Shown: positions 23,641 through 27,678 of the stretch, piece after piece
How positions within the stretch are numbered: the first letter of the stretch is position 1
How the letters are laid out: each line of letters begins with the position of its first letter
DNA from: Myxococcota bacterium
GTDB taxonomy: Bacteria; Myxococcota; XYA12-FULL-58-9; JALHOP01
DNA: 27,678 nucleotides
Direction: 5' to 3'
NCBI GenBank assembly: GCA_041288095.1
Contig: JBGGMJ010000106.1
Coordinates: 1-27,678, forward strand
Notes under the pieces: generated by a model
Databases searched by the model: none
What the model saw: the letters and a program-made list of their open reading frames with translations, nothing else
Told to the model about the DNA's origin: nothing
Program-made: the position numbers and the translations under genes

Positions 23641-24921
23641 GTGGAGAGGACTGGAAATCGTTTGGCTTCGGACAAACCTGCAGCGCGTTGGTCGGTGAGT
23701 GCGCCGGTGGTGCCGCGGACCTCAACGCTGCGCCCCGAGTGGAGCACCTTCAACATCAGCGAGACCGGGATGTTCGTCTCGGGCTCGCCGCTGTTGCGTC
23801 CAGGCTCGGTGGTCGACGTCGGCATCACCTTGGGGCCGTCACTCGAGATCACGAGTCGTGTGGAGGTGGTGTGGACGCGCGGACAGCCTGACGCGAGCCG
23901 CAACCGTCCCGCCGGCATGGGCATGCGCTTCCTGGGCATCGACGCCCGCATGCATGCCGAGCTCAGGGCCTACCTCGCCCAGCTCCCAACGCGTCAAGGC
24001 AACACGGCGGCGCAGGTGGCGAAGACCGTCGTCGAGGCGCGTCCGCCACCGCCGCCCCCTCCAGCTGACGTGTCGCGTGCCGTGCAGAAAGGCGCAAAGC
24101 TCGGCAGGTACACCATCGTCGACCGCATCGGGTCGGGCGGGATGGGCGACGTATTTCTCGCCGAGCACACGCTGCTCGGCCGTCGCGTCGCGCTCAAGCT
24201 CCTGAAGGAAGAGCACGTCCACGACCGCGCTGCCTTGCGACGCCTCTACGATGAAGCGCGGCTCGTCAATCAGATCTCCCACGACAGCATCGTGCAGATC
24301 ACCGACCTCGTGGTCGAAGATGCCTACGTGTTCATCGTCATGGAGCTGTTGGTCGGCCAGAACTTGAGCGAGGTGCTGCTCCGAGGTGGTCCGCTGCCGC
24401 TATCGCGGATTGTGCCCATCGGCCAGCAGATCTGCAGCGTCCTCGATGCCGTCCACCGCGCCGGCATCGTCCACCGCGACCTCAAGCCCCAGAACATCAT
24501 GCTGGTGCGCCACACCCTCGCCCCCGACTTCGTGAAGCTCCTCGATTTCGGCATCGCAAAGCTCCGCAGCGCAATGGCGCCCGACGGACCGGAGACGATG
24601 GCCGGCGAGGTGGTGGGCTCGCCGGGCTACACGGCTCCCGAGCAGCTCAATGGCGGGCCGGTCGACGCGCGGACGGACATTTACAGTTTGGGCGGAGTGC
24701 TGTTCGCGATGCTCACGGCGCAGCTGCCGTTCAAAGCATCGGGATGGGCGGAGATGGTCGTGCGGCAGATGCAAGAGCCGCCGCGGCCGCCGAGCTCGGT
24801 GATCGGGAAGGGCGTGCCGAAGGTGCTCGACGAGTTGGTTGTGCGGTGCTTGGATCGGGATCCGAACAAGCGACCGGCGAGCGCGGCGGAGGTTGCGGCG
24901 GTGTTGCGGCAGGTGGGGTGA
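23641..24921 (+). CDS. PilZ-like domain fused to a Hanks-type Ser/Thr protein kinase
   Basis: PilZ part NISETGMFV...EVVW...GMGMRF, then a Pro-rich linker, then GSGGMG, VALK, HRDLKPQN, DFG and APE. Confidence 0.92.
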   Translation: MERTGNRLASDKPAARWSVSAPVVPRTSTLRPEWSTFNISETGMFVSGSPLLRPGSVVDVGITLGPSLEITSRVEVVWTRGQPDASRNRPAGMGMRFLGIDARMHAELRAYLAQLPTRQGNTAAQVAKTVVEARPPPPPPPADVSRAVQKGAKLGRYTIVDRIGSGGMGDVFLAEHTLLGRRVALKLLKEEHVHDRAALRRLYDEARLVNQISHDSIVQITDLVVEDAYVFIVMELLVGQNLSEVLLRGGPLPLSRIVPIGQQICSVLDAVHRAGIVHRDLKPQNIMLVRHTLAPDFVKLLDFGIAKLRSAMAPDGPETMAGEVVGSPGYTAPEQLNGGPVDARTDIYSLGGVLFAMLTAQLPFKASGWAEMVVRQMQEPPRPPSSVIGKGVPKVLDELVVRCLDRDPNKRPASAAEVAAVLRQVG

Positions 24922-24924
24922 GGC

Positions 24925-25890
24925 TTACTTGGCGACCCAGGCGACGGTGCCGCCGCGATTGGTCCAGTAGACCGCGATACGTGTGACCACGAGATTCATC
25001 GGACGGTCTTGATCCGAAGCGATGGCGACGGAGCCTGCACCTGGGGCGAGCTTCATCACCGTGCCGCCGGTGGTGTTGGTCCAATAGAGGTTGCCGTCGT
25101 CGATGGCGATGGCGTGGGCGCCTAGCTGGCCGGTGGCGAGGGGTTCAGCGGGCCCACCAGCGAGCGGGATGCGGATGATGCCGCCGTGATCAGCGTGGTT
25201 GTCGGCGACGTAGACGAATGAGTCGTCCGCTATAACGCCCCATGGGCCCGCCGCTTCGGTCGTCGCGATCAGCTCCGGCTCGCCACCGGTCGTCGCGATG
25301 CGGCTGACAGTGCCGGGCAGCCAGTCGGTGAAGTAGACCCAGCCATCGCGGACGGTGATGATGCCGCTGCCTGTGCCTGGGGTGCCGAGCCCTTCGGGGT
25401 TAGCGCTCGAGCCGAGCTGCCACTTGCTGATGACGGGAGCGGTGAGGCTGGCGGCGTTGCTCCAGTAGAGGTGGGCGCCATCGACGGCGAGGGTCATGCA
25501 GGGGTTCGTCGCGATGGTTGCCGGGTCACCGCCGGCGAGCGGGATGCGCTGGATGAGACCGCGTTGGCTGTCGCATTGGTAGACGCCATCGTCCGCTACG
25601 GCGAGTCCGTAGACCGGAGTTTGTGTGCCGCGCGAGGGGAGGAGGGTCTGCGCGGGAGCGCCTGAGAGCGGGATGGCGTGGACTGAGCCGTTGTCGAAGT
25701 CGTGCCAGTAGACGGCGGTGTCGTCGGCGGTGATGGCGAAGGGGAAGGTGCCGGTGGCGAGGACCTCGGGAGTTTCTGGGGCGGGGGGAGTGTCGTCGGG
25801 CGCTGCGAGGTCGGGAAGAGAGGAGCGACCACACGCGGTTACGCAGAGGAGCAGCGCACTGCACCATTGGTATGCCCGAGTCGTGCGCAC
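24925..25890 (-). CDS. Beta-propeller lipoprotein with YW(T/S)-type repeats
   Basis: Lipobox-like VTAC. About 7 repeats of roughly 40 aa (AVYWHD, HLYWSN, WVYFTD, NLYWTN, AVYWTN; RIPLAGG). Confidence 0.85.
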   Translation of the reverse strand: MRTTRAYQWCSALLLCVTACGRSSLPDLAAPDDTPPAPETPEVLATGTFPFAITADDTAVYWHDFDNGSVHAIPLSGAPAQTLLPSRGTQTPVYGLAVADDGVYQCDSQRGLIQRIPLAGGDPATIATNPCMTLAVDGAHLYWSNAASLTAPVISKWQLGSSANPEGLGTPGTGSGIITVRDGWVYFTDWLPGTVSRIATTGGEPELIATTEAAGPWGVIADDSFVYVADNHADHGGIIRIPLAGGPAEPLATGQLGAHAIAIDDGNLYWTNTTGGTVMKLAPGAGSVAIASDQDRPMNLVVTRIAVYWTNRGGTVAWVAK

Positions 25891-25899
25891 GTCGGCATT

Positions 25900-26268
25900 C
25901 TACTCGTTTTGCCTCTCCACGCCGCCGGGAACGCCAGCCTGAGTTTCTTCTTCTGTTTGTTCGAGCGCAGCCTGCTGTCCGTTATTGGCGCCAGGAGTGC
26001 TCTGCACGAAGTCGGCGTAGTTCAGCGACTCGCCCGACCCGTAGCCGCCGACGCCCCAGCCGCCGTCCAGGTCATCGGCGTAGGGCACCCGCCACTGCTG
26101 CTGCTCCGCAGCCAGTGGTTGCGTGTCGGTGCTCTGCTCCTCTGGCCATGTCTCGAATGAGACCGCCGGCCCGACCTGTCGATACCGCGTCACGGCAAAC
26201 GCGAGTAGCAGGCAACTGAGAACCGCCGCGGCTCCAACGGCGGCCAGAACGTTTTTGCGCACACGCAT
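25900..26268 (-). CDS. Hypothetical membrane-anchored protein (~122 aa) with acidic Gln/Gly-rich tail
   Basis: ATG 26268 is preceded by GGGAGG. Basic N-terminus followed by one hydrophobic helix. Confidence 0.65.
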   Translation of the reverse strand: MRVRKNVLAAVGAAAVLSCLLLAFAVTRYRQVGPAVSFETWPEEQSTDTQPLAAEQQQWRVPYADDLDGGWGVGGYGSGESLNYADFVQSTPGANNGQQAALEQTEEETQAGVPGGVERQNE

Positions 26269-26338
26269 CACTGGCCTCCCGGGGGTTAAGTTGGAGACCC
26301 GCTGTGCCGGGGGCAACAGCCATCGTCAGTGGCCCCGT

Positions 26339-26725
26339 TCACGCCTCGTGCAACGCCGCCCCGACGATGTTTGGCTGCCCGAGGAGGGCCTTGAAGAACG
26401 CAGGTGTCGCTTCGATCGAGATGGCCGACGTAAGCCAGAAGACGTTGGTGCTCGCGGGCGACTCACCCGAGGCTTGGCGAGCCGCGTCGATGGCTCTGGC
26501 GATGGTCTCGAGGTTCGACTGCGCGGCTTGCTCTTGCCGCGCGCTCAACGTGCTCGTCGGACCGGGGGGAACGGGCGTGCTCGCGAAGCGCACGACGACT
26601 TTCAGGAGGGCCGCTGGGTCTTTGCCCAAGAGCTGGCCTAGCCGCCCCTCCAAGCGCGGCATGTCCGCTGAAGCGTTCTCTCCCGAAGCAACAATCGAGG
26701 CACCGGGTACTTCTGGATAGTGCAT
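26339..26725 (-). CDS. Small protein resembling a subtilase propeptide/I9 inhibitor domain
   Basis: Pattern VVVRF...helix...FWLTSAISIEATPAFFKALLGQPNI. An alternative start exists at ATG 26662. Confidence 0.55.
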   Translation of the reverse strand: MHYPEVPGASIVASGENASADMPRLEGRLGQLLGKDPAALLKVVVRFASTPVPPGPTSTLSARQEQAAQSNLETIARAIDAARQASGESPASTNVFWLTSAISIEATPAFFKALLGQPNIVGAALHEA

Positions 26726-26913
26726 GGACCGGTTTTTCGGCGGAGTCCGCCGCGCGTTGCGCGGGCCTTCGCTCGGCGGACTGCCGCCACCGCGTCAGGT
26801 GGCCCCATTTCTCCCGCCGCCGGCCGCTTCGGTCTTAGCGAACGAGCCCGGGTCCTGCTACGGTAGGACCCGCGCCGTTTCGCGTTTCCCCCCGGATACC
26901 TATAGGATTGGCT

Positions 26914-27675
26914 ATGACGCCCAGACTCCTCCCTGCAGCGTTGTTGTTGCTGGCCGCTCATGCCGTCGGTTGTGGCGGCAGTGGCGCTCCGGACGATGAC
27001 GATGATCCGATCGACACCACACCGACGTTGATCTACGACGGCAACGGCAGCACCGGCGGCACGCCGCCCGAGGCGGTGGACTATGCCGAAGGCGACAATG
27101 TGTCCGCGGCCTCGCCGGGCGACTTGGTGCTCGCGGGCTCCTGCTTCGCCTTCTGGAGCACGAAGGCGGATCGAAGCGGCGCCAACTACTTGGTTGGCCA
27201 ACAGATCACGATCGGCGCAACGGACGTGACGCTGTACGCCCAGTGGAACACGACCCCGACTCTCTACCTCGGCCCGACCGAGGCCGGCGCCAGCGCTTCC
27301 CGCACCAGCGCTGTCGGCGACACATTCGTCGCTGCCATCTCGGTGGCTGACCGCGACTTCGCGATCGACGGCTCGTACACGATGGACCTCAACATCACGT
27401 TGAACAACTCCGGTCTACCCGCGGCGCAGCTCGACACCGCCTTCATTCAAGGCCTCATCGACGCGCAAACCGGGATGACGGTGACGACTCTTTCGGCGAC
27501 CGTCCTCGATGTCACGGGCAAGCTGAGCGCCATCAACGCCGTGGCGACCGCGGCGCGCCTGGTAGCACCGCTGGCCACCGGGACCATCAGCTTGGATGTG
27601 ACCGTGCACGATAACGGACATGTCGGCGGCTGCGAGCTCACGGACGCGACGACGATCAACGTTACGTACAACTAG
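26914..27675 (+). CDS. Lipoprotein with an InlB B-repeat (Listeria-Bacteroides/Flg_new) domain and a cadherin/Ig-like domain
   Basis: Lipobox AVGC. B-repeat YDGNGSTGG...FAFWSTKAD.SG...DVTLYAQW. Second domain ISVAD...TGKLSAINA...VTVHDNG. ATG 26914 is preferred over TTG 26908. Confidence 0.85.
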   Translation: MTPRLLPAALLLLAAHAVGCGGSGAPDDDDDPIDTTPTLIYDGNGSTGGTPPEAVDYAEGDNVSAASPGDLVLAGSCFAFWSTKADRSGANYLVGQQITIGATDVTLYAQWNTTPTLYLGPTEAGASASRTSAVGDTFVAAISVADRDFAIDGSYTMDLNITLNNSGLPAAQLDTAFIQGLIDAQTGMTVTTLSATVLDVTGKLSAINAVATAARLVAPLATGTISLDVTVHDNGHVGGCELTDATTINVTYN

Positions 27676-27678
27676 CCG

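Noticed and set aside
23520..23951. N-terminal 144 aa of the 465-aa ORF 22554-23951
   Set aside because: It overlaps the PilZ-kinase gene on the opposite strand. The ATP-grasp protein plausibly starts at ATG 23519.

Overview
High-GC bacterial chromosomal window, most likely Myxococcota (deltaproteobacterial-type RpoB/RpoC, a MYXO-CTERM-like Cys-rich protein, a PilZ-Ser/Thr kinase). The rpoB-rpoC operon (4045-12464) lacks its usual rplKAJL and rpsL neighbours. It has its own predicted promoter and a long structured leader with an attenuator-like hairpin. To the left is a minus-strand cluster of hypothetical genes, an LCM-family methyltransferase and an SCP2-like protein. To the right are a small basic protein, a vapBC toxin-antitoxin pair, a Cys-rich surface protein, an ATP-grasp enzyme, a PilZ-kinase and several lipoproteins. 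The best novelty candidate is a tandem pair of large paralogous proteins (15206-22441). They share an N-terminal helical motif, an unrecognised core domain and a Gly/Ala-rich hydrophobic region, but end in different enzyme domains: a trypsin-like Ser protease and a putative Cys-His-Asp transglutaminase/papain-like domain. This looks like a polymorphic effector family with no signal peptides and no adjacent immunity genes. All calls were made by eye, without database searches.
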